Shown here one piece after another: positions 15,809 to 25,234 of a stretch of 64,000 bases of DNA. How positions within the stretch are numbered: the first letter of the stretch is position 1; each line of letters opens with the position of its first letter. The DNA is from Gemmatimonadota bacterium. Lineage in GTDB: Bacteria > Gemmatimonadota > Gemmatimonadetes > Palauibacterales > Palauibacteraceae. The translations under genes and the position numbers were made by a program. The notes under the pieces are model-generated. The model did no database searches. It was not told the DNA's origin and saw only the letters and a program-made list of their open reading frames with translations. The stretch covers positions 3,556,670 through 3,620,669 of the forward strand of contig OZ220691.1 of NCBI GenBank assembly GCA_965116475.1, given 5' to 3'.

Positions 15809-17575
15809 ATGGCGACGATCGTAGCGGAGGCGACCGGGCAGGCGATCCTGCACGAGGAGCACGAGCAGTCCTTCCTGCGCAAGTACATCTTCTCGACCGA
15901 CCACAAGGTCATCGCGATCCAGTTCCTGATCTACACGCTGTTCTTCCTCATGATCGGCGGACTGCTGGCGATGCTCATGAGGTACCAGATCGCGTGGCCG
16001 GCGCGGGGCGAGCTGCCGCTGGGCGGGATCTTCCCCGAGAGCATGGTCGCGAGCGGGTACATCCTGCCGGAGTTCTACAATGCGCTCGTCACGATGCACG
16101 GCTCGGTGATGGTCTTCCTCGCCATCATGCCGATGCTCGTGGGCGTGTGGGCGAACTACCTCATCCCGCTCCAGCTGGGCACGCACGACATGGCGTTCCC
16201 GCGGCTCAACATGCTCTCCTTCTGGGCCATGGTGCCCGCGGGCATCCTCACGCTGGCGAGTTTCTTCGTCGTCGGAGGCGCGGCGGGGGCCGGCTGGACG
16301 CTGTACGCGCCGCTGAGCGCCCGCCCCGACCTGTCCGGCGTCGGACTCGGGCAGATCCTGTGGCTGGCCGCGCTCGTCTTCATCGGGCTCTCATCGATTC
16401 TCGGATCGGTGAACTACATCACCACGACGATCAACATGCGCGCCCCGGGCATGACCTGGATGCGCATGCCGCTCACCATCTGGTCGCTGTTCATCACGGC
16501 CATCCTCGCGCTGCTTGCGATGCCCGTCCTGTCGGCGGCCGGGATCATGCTCATCTTCGACCAGACCATCGGGACGAGCTTCTTCCTCCCGGAGGGCGGG
16601 GGACAGCCGCTCCTCTGGCAGCACCTGTTCTGGTTCTTCGGCCACCCGGAGGTCTACATCCTCATCCTCCCGGCCATGGGCTTCACCTCCGAGATCCTCT
16701 CCGTGGGTTCGCGGAAGCCGGTGTTCGGCTACAAGGCGATGGTCCTGGCGCTCGTCTCGATCGCCTTCCTCGGGTTCATCGTGTGGGGTCACCACATGTT
16801 CCAGAGCGGGATGAACCCGATGCTGGGACTCACGTTCACGGTCTCGACGCTCTTCATCGCCGTGCCCTCGGCGATCAAGACGTTCAACTGGATGGGCACG
16901 ATGTGGCGCGGGAACCTCCAGCTCCACTCGGCGATGCTGTTCGCGATCGGGTTCGTGGCGATGTTCGCGATCGGAGGCCTGTCGGGCGTCTTCATGGCCT
17001 CGACGCCGGTCGACATCTACATCCACGACACGTACTTCATCGTGGCGCACATCCACTACGTGCTCTTCGGCGGAAGCCTCTTCGCGCTCTTCGGGGCGAT
17101 CTACTTCTGGTATCCGAAGATGTTCGGACGGATGATGAACGAGACGCTGGGCAAGATCCATTTCTGGCTCACGTTCGTCTTCTTCAACCTGGTCTTCTTC
17201 CCGATGCACGGCGTGGGGATGGTGGGGATGATGCGGCGCATCTACGACTCCACCGGCTACGCGCACCTGCAGGGGATCGAGGACACGAACGCGCTCATCA
17301 CGTGGTCGGCGTTCGGGCTCTTCGCATCCGGCTTCCTGTTCGCGTTCAACTTCTTCTGGAGCCTGAAGAAGGGGAGGAAGGCCGAGGCGAATCCGTGGAA
17401 CGCGACGACGCTGGAGTGGCAGACGCCCTCGCCGCCGAAGCACGGCAACTGGGAGGAAGTCCCGGTCGTCTACCACGGTCCGCACGAGTACAGCCACCCG
17501 GATGTGGAGGACAAGGACTGGCTGGCGCAGAACGAACGGCCGGATGTCGTGAGCCCGGCCGCCGGCAGCCACTAA
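15809..17575 (+). CDS. coxA: Cytochrome c oxidase subunit I, A1 type
   Basis: STDHK, TMHG, WFFGHPEVY, WGHHMF, HDTYFIVAHIHY, MMRR. Confidence 0.98.
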   Translation: MATIVAEATGQAILHEEHEQSFLRKYIFSTDHKVIAIQFLIYTLFFLMIGGLLAMLMRYQIAWPARGELPLGGIFPESMVASGYILPEFYNALVTMHGSVMVFLAIMPMLVGVWANYLIPLQLGTHDMAFPRLNMLSFWAMVPAGILTLASFFVVGGAAGAGWTLYAPLSARPDLSGVGLGQILWLAALVFIGLSSILGSVNYITTTINMRAPGMTWMRMPLTIWSLFITAILALLAMPVLSAAGIMLIFDQTIGTSFFLPEGGGQPLLWQHLFWFFGHPEVYILILPAMGFTSEILSVGSRKPVFGYKAMVLALVSIAFLGFIVWGHHMFQSGMNPMLGLTFTVSTLFIAVPSAIKTFNWMGTMWRGNLQLHSAMLFAIGFVAMFAIGGLSGVFMASTPVDIYIHDTYFIVAHIHYVLFGGSLFALFGAIYFWYPKMFGRMMNETLGKIHFWLTFVFFNLVFFPMHGVGMVGMMRRIYDSTGYAHLQGIEDTNALITWSAFGLFASGFLFAFNFFWSLKKGRKAEANPWNATTLEWQTPSPPKHGNWEEVPVVYHGPHEYSHPDVEDKDWLAQNERPDVVSPAAGSH

Positions 17576-17599
17576 ATCGCATGGAAGGGAACTGACGAG

Positions 17600-18214
17600 A
17601 TGGCACACGCCGCGACCGCAGGCCGGGTCCCCGAGAGAGGGCTCGATGTCTACACCCAGAAGGTGGGCATGTGGGTGTTTCTGTGCTCGGAGGTGATGTT
17701 CTTCGCGGGCCTCATCGGCTCGTACGTGGTGCTCCGTTTCGGGGCATCCGATACCTGGGCGGAGCCGAACGAGGTACTGGCGGTCCCCATCACCGCGTTC
17801 AACACCTTCCTCCTCATCTGCAGTTCGGTGACGATGGTGAAGGCCTTCGCGGCCGCGCAGATGGGAGACCAGAAGGGGATCAAGCTCTGGCTCCTGTCGA
17901 CGACGATCCTCGGAGCCACCTTCCTGGGCGTGCAGGTGTTCGAGTACACCGAACTCGTGCTGCACCAGTCGTGGCAGGGGAGCCACGGGTTCACGCCGGC
18001 GTCCGGGCTGTACGGGGCCACCTTCTACACGATGACGGGCTTCCACGGCTTCCACGTCCTCCTCGGTGTGATCTGCCTCGCCTGGGCCACGATCCGCGCC
18101 TGGCGGGGCCACTGGGGCGCGGACAACACCCACGGGATCGAGGTGCTCGGCCTCTACTGGCACTTCGTCGACCTCGTGTGGATCATCCTGTTCACGATCG
18201 TCTACCTCATCTAG
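17600..18214 (+). CDS. coxC: Cytochrome c oxidase subunit III
   Basis: GMWVFLCSEVMFF, TGFHGFHV, LYWHFVDLVWI. Confidence 0.96.
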   Translation: MAHAATAGRVPERGLDVYTQKVGMWVFLCSEVMFFAGLIGSYVVLRFGASDTWAEPNEVLAVPITAFNTFLLICSSVTMVKAFAAAQMGDQKGIKLWLLSTTILGATFLGVQVFEYTELVLHQSWQGSHGFTPASGLYGATFYTMTGFHGFHVLLGVICLAWATIRAWRGHWGADNTHGIEVLGLYWHFVDLVWIILFTIVYLI

Positions 18215-18257
18215 CCAGACACCTGGGGCTGTTGGCCGAGAGATACGGAGCGAACGA

Positions 18258-18563
18258 ATGAGTGAAGCCGGAGGACACGCGGCGGGCGCCGCGGACGATC
18301 ACGGGCACGAGCACCCGAAGTACATGCTCATCTGGCTGTACCTGGCCATCCTCACGGCCCTCGAGGTGGGGGTGGTCTACCTCGATATTCCGAAGTGGAT
18401 GATCGTTACGTCGCTGCTCATCATGGCGGGGTGGAAGGCGCTGCTCGTCGCGCTCTACTACATGCACCTGAAGTTCGAACCCAACCGTTTGCGGCTGGTG
18501 GCGCTGGCGCCGCTTCCGGCCGTGGCCATCATGATCATCGCGATCATGATGGAGTACGTGTAG
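18258..18563 (+). CDS. Cytochrome c oxidase subunit IV (CtaF/CyoD-like)
   Basis: Y..IW..L.ILT..EV, KA.LV..YYMHLKFE. Confidence 0.9.
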   Translation: MSEAGGHAAGAADDHGHEHPKYMLIWLYLAILTALEVGVVYLDIPKWMIVTSLLIMAGWKALLVALYYMHLKFEPNRLRLVALAPLPAVAIMIIAIMMEYV

Positions 18564-18576
18564 GCGCGACCCCGTC

Positions 18577-19500
18577 GTGGAGGCCGGAACGCTGCTCAAG
18601 ACGCGCGGAGTCCCGCGCGCGGGGATCTCGAGACGGGTGCGCTCGCTGCGGGCGACGCTTCCCGCATACGTCGAACTGACGAAGCCACGCATTACGGCGC
18701 TCGTCGTCGCGAGCGCGGCCGCCGGCTTCCTTCTTGGCGCGGCGAGTTTCGACTTCGCCCTCTTCGCGCAGGCCATGGCCGGCGTGGCGCTCGTCGCCTC
18801 CGGGACGAGCGCGATGAACCAGGTGCTGGAACGGGATGTGGACGCGCTCATGGGGCGCACGCGCGCGCGGCCGCTGCCGGCCGGCCGGATCGCGACGCCG
18901 CCGGCCGCGGTCGTCTCCGGGGTTCTGGCCGCGGCGGGGATCGTCTGGCTGTGGATCGCGGTCAATCCGATCACGGCGGGACTCGCGCTCGCCACGTTCG
19001 TCTCCTACGACTTCGTCTACACGCCGCTCAAGCGCGTCCACTCCCTCTCCACCATCGTGGGCGCAGTGCCCGGGGCGCTGCCGATTCTCGGGGGCTGGAC
19101 CGCCGCCACCGGGCAGTTCGGTCCCGGCGGATGGGCGCTGTTCGCGATCCTCTTCGTCTGGCAACTGCCACATTTTCTCGCCCTCGCGTGGCTGCTCCGC
19201 GACGACTACCAGGCCGCGGGGCTTCGCATGCTCTCCGTCGGCGACTTCGAGGGCCGCCGGACGCGTCACCAGGCGCTGCTCTACGCGCTCACTTTGATCC
19301 CGGTGAGTCTCCTCCCGAGCGTTCTCGGCCTCACGGGCGTCGTCTACTTCGCGGTCGCGCTCGGACTCGGGGGGTGCTTCCTGTGGACCGCGCTCCGGTT
19401 CGCCCGCTCCGCGACGCCGGCGCACGCCCGGGGTTTGTTCCGGGCCTCGATCCTGTATCTTCCACTGCTGATGGCCGTGCTCGTCCTCGACAAGCTGTAG
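18577..19500 (+). CDS. cyoE: Protoheme IX farnesyltransferase (heme o synthase)
   Basis: LTKPRI, NQVLERDVDALMGRTRARPLP, YTPLKR, WQLPHF. Confidence 0.96.
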   Translation: MEAGTLLKTRGVPRAGISRRVRSLRATLPAYVELTKPRITALVVASAAAGFLLGAASFDFALFAQAMAGVALVASGTSAMNQVLERDVDALMGRTRARPLPAGRIATPPAAVVSGVLAAAGIVWLWIAVNPITAGLALATFVSYDFVYTPLKRVHSLSTIVGAVPGALPILGGWTAATGQFGPGGWALFAILFVWQLPHFLALAWLLRDDYQAAGLRMLSVGDFEGRRTRHQALLYALTLIPVSLLPSVLGLTGVVYFAVALGLGGCFLWTALRFARSATPAHARGLFRASILYLPLLMAVLVLDKL

Positions 19501-19505
19501 CAGCC

Positions 19506-19748
19506 GTGCCGAACACTCTCGCCGTCCTCGCGGCGGCCCCGCAGATGCAGCATACGCCGGACGAACAGGCGGGATTCCTCCTGATGTTCGTGTTCATGGC
19601 GGCGATGCCCTACCTGCTGCTCGTCGTCATCGGGGGCGGGATCTTCCGGGCGCGCCGCCGGCAGCGCCAGCGGGAGGTCGAGAGAGCGCTGGAGGAACAG
19701 CGCGAATGGGAGGCGGCCCGCGCCGTCGACCCGGACTCCGCGTGCTGA
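19506..19748 (+). CDS. Small single-TM protein
   Basis: GTG 5 nt after cyoE; FLLMFVFMAAMPYLLLVVIGGGIF followed by a charged helix. The start is uncertain. Confidence 0.65.
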   Translation: MPNTLAVLAAAPQMQHTPDEQAGFLLMFVFMAAMPYLLLVVIGGGIFRARRRQRQREVERALEEQREWEAARAVDPDSAC

Positions 19749-19794
19749 GCCCATGCTGACTCCGATGTTGACCCCATGCTGAGCCCATGCTGAC
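19743..19794 (+). repeat. Degenerate 11-12-bp tandem repeat TGCTGA(G/C)CCCA, about 4.5 copies
   Basis: Units at 19743, 19754, 19766, 19777 and 19788; spans the upstream stop codon and the downstream ATG. Confidence 0.8.
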
Positions 19795-20749
19795 GCTGAG
19801 GCGGAGGATCCGGGCCGGGCTCGTCGGAGGGCTGCTGGGCGGTTTCGTCCTCGCGGTGCTCTTCTACTTCTACGATCTCGGGCAGGGGACGCCGCTCCAG
19901 ACCCCCGCCTTCCTCTGGGGGGCCATCATCAGCCGTGCCGAGGTCGAAGCGTCCGCCGGCGTCATCGTGGGGTTCACGTTCATCCACTTCACGGCCTGGG
20001 CCGGGCTCGGGATGCTGGCCGCGGCGCTCGTTCAGTGGGCGGGCCTCCCGCGCAACGTGTTCATCGGCGCGCTTTACGGGCTCTTCGTGTGTTCCCTCGT
20101 GTTCTACGTCGGACTCATCCGGGCGCCCGCCGGACTCGTGATCTCCGCGCCGGGATGGCCGGCGGTCTTCTTCGGGAACGCGCTCGCCGGGGTCGTGATG
20201 TTCACTCACATGCACTGGGTGAGTTCGGAGCCCGGCATCGTGGGGATGATGAACTTCCTCCAGACGCACAGGGTCACGCGCCACGGCATCTACGCGGGGC
20301 TCCTCGGCGCCCTCGTCGTCGCGCTCTGGTTCCTCATCATCGACACCATGCTCCGGCAGCCGCTCTATACGCCGGCAGCGCTGGCGACCGTCCTCTTCCG
20401 CGGTGCCCCCACGCCGGCCGCGGTCGAGATCTCCCTCGCGCCCGTCCTCGGATACACGCTCGCCCACTTCGCCTTCTTCGTGCTGTTCGGCGTCGCGGTG
20501 TCCGGCCTCGCGCGACAGGTGTCCAGGTTCCCGCCCCTGGCCCTCGGCATCATCGTGCTGTTCGTCATCTTCGAGGTCTTCTTCATCGCCATGGTCGCGA
20601 TGCTGGGCGGCTGGATCCTCGAGGAACTCGCCTGGTGGTCGATTCTGGTCGGGAACGTTTTCGCGGCGCTCGTCATGGGCGGATACCTCTGGAAGGTCTA
20701 CCCGGAGTTCGCGGAGAGTCTCACGGCGGAGAGCCTTTGGGCGGACTGA
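19787..20749 (+). CDS. Polytopic membrane protein made of two homologous halves
   Basis: The pattern G..AGLLG....A..F...D....PL.TPA.L...G.T..HF...GN..A..M occurs twice. Confidence 0.8.
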   Translation: MLTLRRRIRAGLVGGLLGGFVLAVLFYFYDLGQGTPLQTPAFLWGAIISRAEVEASAGVIVGFTFIHFTAWAGLGMLAAALVQWAGLPRNVFIGALYGLFVCSLVFYVGLIRAPAGLVISAPGWPAVFFGNALAGVVMFTHMHWVSSEPGIVGMMNFLQTHRVTRHGIYAGLLGALVVALWFLIIDTMLRQPLYTPAALATVLFRGAPTPAAVEISLAPVLGYTLAHFAFFVLFGVAVSGLARQVSRFPPLALGIIVLFVIFEVFFIAMVAMLGGWILEELAWWSILVGNVFAALVMGGYLWKVYPEFAESLTAESLWAD

Positions 20750-21375
20750 ACCCGCCCCCGGTCCTCGTCGCCACGCGCAGCACCCACAAACTCCGCGAAA
20801 TCCGCGGCCTCCTCGCCGACCTTCCCGTGCGGTTGCTCGGCCCGGAGGATCTCGGCCTGCCTGAACACGAGGAAGAGGACGACCTCGAACCCTTCGACAC
20901 CTTCGCGCGCAACGCTTTGTCCAAGGCGAAGTACTTTCACCGCCGGTCCGGCCTCCCCGTGCTCGCGGACGATTCCGGGCTCTGCGTGGACGCGCTCGGG
21001 GGCGGCCCGGGCGTGCGGACGCGGCGCTTCGCTCCCCCCGACCGGGTCGCGCGCTGGGGACGGGACGAAGCGAACAACCGCTGGCTGCTCGAGCGGCTGG
21101 AAGACGTGGACGCGGGACGCCGCGGGGCGCACTATCGTTGCGCGGTTGCGCTCACGGACGATCTGCGGCACGAAGTCGTGGAGGGCGTCGTGCGCGGCCG
21201 GATCGCGCGCCGACCCAGCGGCTCGGGAGGCTTCGGCTACGACCCGCTCTTCGTGCCGGAGGGCCACGACCGCCCCTACGCCGAACTGCCGGACGCGGTG
21301 AAGACGGCGACGAGTCACCGTGCGAAGGCGATTCGGCAGGCGAGGGGATGGATCGAAAGGGAAGTCCTGCGGTGA
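20746..21375 (+). CDS. rdgB: Non-canonical purine NTP pyrophosphatase
   Basis: ATRSTHKLRE, ADDSGLCVDALGGGPG, GFGYDP, SHR. Start is CTG 20746 or TTG 20737. Confidence 0.95.
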   Translation: MNPPPVLVATRSTHKLREIRGLLADLPVRLLGPEDLGLPEHEEEDDLEPFDTFARNALSKAKYFHRRSGLPVLADDSGLCVDALGGGPGVRTRRFAPPDRVARWGRDEANNRWLLERLEDVDAGRRGAHYRCAVALTDDLRHEVVEGVVRGRIARRPSGSGGFGYDPLFVPEGHDRPYAELPDAVKTATSHRAKAIRQARGWIEREVLR

Positions 21376-21392
21376 CGAAGTCCTGCGGTGAC
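21361..21392 (+). repeat. Perfect 16-bp tandem duplication GAAGTCCTGCGGTGAC
   Basis: Copies at 21361-21376 and 21377-21392; includes the rdgB stop codon. Confidence 0.92.
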
Positions 21393-21407
21393 CTTGCGCA
21401 CGTTCAA

Positions 21408-21481
21408 TCGGGGCGGCCGGATTTGAACCGGCGACCCCCTGCTCCCAAAGCAGGTGCGCTACCGGACTGCGCCACGCCCCG
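21408..21481 (-). tRNA. tRNA-Pro(TGG), CCA not encoded
   Basis: Reverse complement CGGGGCGTGGCGCAGTCCGGTAGCGCACCTGCTTTGGGAGCAGGGGGTCGCCGGTTCAAATCCGGCCGCCCCGA folds as a cloverleaf. Confidence 0.97.
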
Positions 21482-21538
21482 AAGTCCCGAAAGATGGACC
21501 GACCGGGGGGCCGAAGCCACCCCGGCCTCGGAGAGGAC

Positions 21539-24500
21539 ATGAAGTTGCGCGCGGCCTTCGCGCGGGGGGGCGGGGCGGGCAAGCTGTTCGCCATGATGGG
21601 GCTGGCGGCGCTTGTGCTCTTCGTCATCGGGATCCTGCGTCCCCTGCGCAGCGCCTTCGCGCTCTCGGGCCTCGCCGCGGGCGATTTCTACCAGGTGTAC
21701 TTCATCAGCGCGGCGGTCGTGGTCGTCGCCCCCTTCTACAACTTCCTCTCGGACCGCATCTCGTGGCGCCGCCTCATCCCCCTGACGGCGGCGTTCTTCG
21801 CCCTCAGCATGGTTGCCTTCCGCCTTCTCTACCAGCCGGGGGAGGCCTGGTTCGGGCTGGTCTTCTACGGATGGTACGACGTGCTGGCGGCCTCGCTCGT
21901 CACGCACTTCTACATCGCGACGCAGGTCTTCTACAACGCCCGCGATGCGAAACGCGCCTATCCCATCGTCATCGCCTCGGGTTCGGCCGGGGCCACGCTC
22001 GGAGCGCTCCTCACGACCGTCTTCACCTCGGGCGGCGGCCCGTCCGAGAACCTGCTGCTGGTGGCCGGGGCCGCGCTCCTCGTGCTGGCGGGCGGCCTCG
22101 CCCTCGTCTGGTCGCGGGAGCCTCCGGAGCCGCCGTCGGAGTACGCGCACGCGGAAGATCCCGAACTCGAGCGCAGCGACCTGCGGCGCATGGCCGCGAA
22201 TCCGCAGGTGCGGCTCATCGCGGCCACCGTGCTCCTGACGATCGTCGTCAAGCAGTTCATCGACTACCAGTACAACACGCTCACGCGCGAGGTCTTCACC
22301 GATCTGGGCGCGATCGCCGGCTTCCTTGCCTTCGTCGACGTCCTCACGCAGTGGCTGCCGATCGTCGTCCTCCTCGCGCTGCGTCCCGTTCTGCGCCGCT
22401 GGGGGGCCGCGGTGGCCGTCATCATCTTCCCCGTGGCCGTGATCCTCGCGACCGGGGCGCTCGCCGCCGCCGTGTGGCTGTCCACCGCCGCGCTCGCCGT
22501 CGCCGTCGGGGCCCGGACGACGGAGAAGACGTTCCGCTATTCGGCCGAGCGCACGGGCCGCGAGATCCTCTATGTCCCTGTCCCGGAGGACATCAAGCTC
22601 AAGGCGAAATCCTACATCGACGTCGCGGTGGAGAAGGGGCTGGGGAAGGCGCTTTCGGGGGTGCTCATCGCGATCCCTTCGCTGGCGCTCGCGGGCCTTT
22701 CGATCATGGGCCGGCTCATCATCCTCGGGGTTGTTGGCGTGGCCCTGGCGGGCGTCCTGCTGTTCGCCTTCCTCAGGGTGCGAAAGTCGTACGTCGCGAG
22801 TCTCGCCCAGTCCTTCGAGGGGCGCTTCGCGAGCCTGCGCGGAACGTTCGTGTCGATGGCGGACGTGGGCGCGCTGGCTCTGGCGCGGGAGGCGCTCGAG
22901 GATGAGCGGCCGCTGAAGGTCGCCTTCGCCTTCGACGTGCTGCGCGGCGCCACGCCGGAGGATATCGAGGCGCTCTCGCCCGAACTGTACCGCCTCCTCG
23001 AGCACGAGAACCCCGGCCTTCGGGCACGGGCGCTGCGATCGCTGTCGCGCGCCCCCGGCCTCTCGAACGAGGCCGCCGTGCGGGCCCGGCTCGAGGATCC
23101 GGATTCGGCCGTGCGGCGCGCCGCGGCCCGGCTCCTCGCGCTGAAGGCGGCGCCGCGCGCCCGCGATGTCCTCATCCCGCTCCTCGACTCGGACTCGACG
23201 AACGCCCGCTCGGCCGCGCTCGACTGCCTGTTCAGCGACTTCGGCGCGGCGCGGGCCGAACGCATCGCGACCCCGCGCTTCGAACACCTGCTGCGGGAAC
23301 ACGAGCGGGGGACGCTCGAAGGCCCCGCCGCCCGCGAATTGGCGATGGCGGCGGGGCTCGTCCCCGGTCATCCGGCGGTGGAGCGCGTCCTCCTCGAACT
23401 CATCTCGGATCCGCGCGAGGAGGTCGCGGCGGCGGCCGCGCGCAGCGCCTCCCGGCTTCCGCAGCCGGAGCTCGTGCAGGCGGCCATCGCGTCCCTGGCG
23501 CTCCCACGGACCCGGAGTGCGGCTCGCGACGGCCTCGCGGGACGGGGAGAGGAAATCGTCAAGCCGCTCCTTGCGGCGCTTTCCGACCCGGCCGGCGACC
23601 CCTGGGTACGCCGGGGCGTGGCGAGCGTGCTCGGCGAGATCGCGACGCCCGCGACGATCGATGCCCTCATCACGTCCTACCTGCTGCCTGAGACCGAACA
23701 GGCCCTCGACGACCAGGCCCTCGTGTCGCTCCACCGGCTGCGCACCAGTCACGACCACCTCACGTTCCCGGAGGGGAGGGTGCTCGAGGCCGTGGAGCGC
23801 GAGGTCCAGGCGTCCCGGCGCTACGCCCGCGCGGCCTCCGCGCTCGAGGGTGTGCCGGCGTCGATGCCCGGAGCGCTGCTCCTCCGGGCGCTCGAAGAGG
23901 CGAGGAGAGACCGGCGGGCGAGTGTCTTCCGGTGGCTTGGGCTCGTGTACCCCGAACAGCCGATGCGGCGCAGCTATCTGGCCCTTGAGAGCGGACAGCC
24001 GCGGCGCCGCGCGAATGCGCTGGAGTGGATCGAGACGACCGTCGGGCACCGCACCTTCCTGGACCTCAGGCCGGTGCTCGCGGAGGAGATCCCCGAGGGG
24101 CCCTCGCGCGAGGCGGGGGATGTGCTGCGGGAGCTGTGGGACGATGAGGACGCCTGGATCGCGAGGTGCGCGCTCTGGACATCCTTCGAAACCGACCCCG
24201 GTGCGATGGGAGAAACCCTCCACGGTTTCACGCCGGCGGAACCGGCGCTGGCGCTGGTCGCCCGCCGGCTGGCGCGACGGGTGGCGACCTCCGCGCGGGA
24301 GCCGGGAGACGAACGAGATGAGGAAGAGATGGAACTGATCGAAAAAGTGTTCCGCCTGCAGAACGTGGATCTCCTTTCGGGCGTGGAGAGCCGGCAACTC
24401 GCGCTCCTCGCCTCCATCGCGAGGGAGGTCGAGGTACGGCCGGACGCCATCTTCATCCGCAGGGGGGAGCCGACGGACGCCCTTTACCTCGTGATCCACG

Positions 24501-24742
24501 GCGACGTTTCGCTCGAGGGGGAGGGGGAGGGATCGATCTCCATCACGGACGGAGAGGCGTTCGGAACGTGGGCGCTGATCGACGAACACCCGAGCGTCGT
24601 CGAGGCGCGCGCCGTCGCGCCCACCCGCGTGCTGCGCATCACCCGGGAGGATTTTCGAGACCTCCTCATCGACCATCCGGAACTCGGCCTCGACCTGCTC
24701 CGGGGGCTCGCGAGTCGCGTTCGCGGCCTGGCGATGACATGA
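21539..24742 (+). CDS. NTT/TLC (Npt1/Npt2-like) nucleotide carrier fused to HEAT repeats and a C-terminal cyclic-nucleotide-binding domain
   Basis: ILRPLR, FYNARDAKRAYP, FIDYQY, RYSAERTGREILYVPV..KLKAKSYID; VRRAAA-type HEAT repeats; IRRGEPTDALYLVIHG...GEAFG. Confidence 0.85.
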   Translation: MKLRAAFARGGGAGKLFAMMGLAALVLFVIGILRPLRSAFALSGLAAGDFYQVYFISAAVVVVAPFYNFLSDRISWRRLIPLTAAFFALSMVAFRLLYQPGEAWFGLVFYGWYDVLAASLVTHFYIATQVFYNARDAKRAYPIVIASGSAGATLGALLTTVFTSGGGPSENLLLVAGAALLVLAGGLALVWSREPPEPPSEYAHAEDPELERSDLRRMAANPQVRLIAATVLLTIVVKQFIDYQYNTLTREVFTDLGAIAGFLAFVDVLTQWLPIVVLLALRPVLRRWGAAVAVIIFPVAVILATGALAAAVWLSTAALAVAVGARTTEKTFRYSAERTGREILYVPVPEDIKLKAKSYIDVAVEKGLGKALSGVLIAIPSLALAGLSIMGRLIILGVVGVALAGVLLFAFLRVRKSYVASLAQSFEGRFASLRGTFVSMADVGALALAREALEDERPLKVAFAFDVLRGATPEDIEALSPELYRLLEHENPGLRARALRSLSRAPGLSNEAAVRARLEDPDSAVRRAAARLLALKAAPRARDVLIPLLDSDSTNARSAALDCLFSDFGAARAERIATPRFEHLLREHERGTLEGPAARELAMAAGLVPGHPAVERVLLELISDPREEVAAAAARSASRLPQPELVQAAIASLALPRTRSAARDGLAGRGEEIVKPLLAALSDPAGDPWVRRGVASVLGEIATPATIDALITSYLLPETEQALDDQALVSLHRLRTSHDHLTFPEGRVLEAVEREVQASRRYARAASALEGVPASMPGALLLRALEEARRDRRASVFRWLGLVYPEQPMRRSYLALESGQPRRRANALEWIETTVGHRTFLDLRPVLAEEIPEGPSREAGDVLRELWDDEDAWIARCALWTSFETDPGAMGETLHGFTPAEPALALVARRLARRVATSAREPGDERDEEEMELIEKVFRLQNVDLLSGVESRQLALLASIAREVEVRPDAIFIRRGEPTDALYLVIHGDVSLEGEGEGSISITDGEAFGTWALIDEHPSVVEARAVAPTRVLRITREDFRDLLIDHPELGLDLLRGLASRVRGLAMT

Positions 24743-24748
24743 TCCGAC

Positions 24749-25234
24749 ATGGATGAGATCAAGCCGGACGGCGGCACCGTGATGGTCGTCGACGACGAGG
24801 ACATGGTCGTGGACGCCATTCAGGGATTCCTGGAGCTGGAAACCGACCATCTCGTGCTCCCCTTCACATCCGTGCGCGACGCGCTCGCCCACCTCGAGGA
24901 GGAACCGGTCCACGCGATCGTGGCCGACCTGATGATGCCCGAACTCGATGGGGTGCAGTTCCTGACGCGAGCCCGCCGGCTGAGGCCGGAGGCGACCCGG
25001 ATCCTGCTCACGGGCTACGCTGACAAGGAAAACGCCATCCTCGGGATCAACGAGGCCGGACTCTACCAGTACCTCGAGAAGCCGTGGAACAACGACGCGC
25101 TGGCCTTCGCCATCCGCAACGGCGTCGAGCGAAGCCGCCTCTTTCGCGCGCTGACCGAACGCATCGCCGAACTCGAGGCGGCCAACGACGAACTCGCCGG
25201 GCTCCGGCAGCGCTGGATACAGGCTTTTCTGTGA
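24749..25234 (+). CDS. Response regulator (receiver plus short coiled coil)
   Basis: VVDDE, ADLMMP, LLTG, YLEKPW. Confidence 0.93.
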   Translation: MDEIKPDGGTVMVVDDEDMVVDAIQGFLELETDHLVLPFTSVRDALAHLEEEPVHAIVADLMMPELDGVQFLTRARRLRPEATRILLTGYADKENAILGINEAGLYQYLEKPWNNDALAFAIRNGVERSRLFRALTERIAELEAANDELAGLRQRWIQAFL

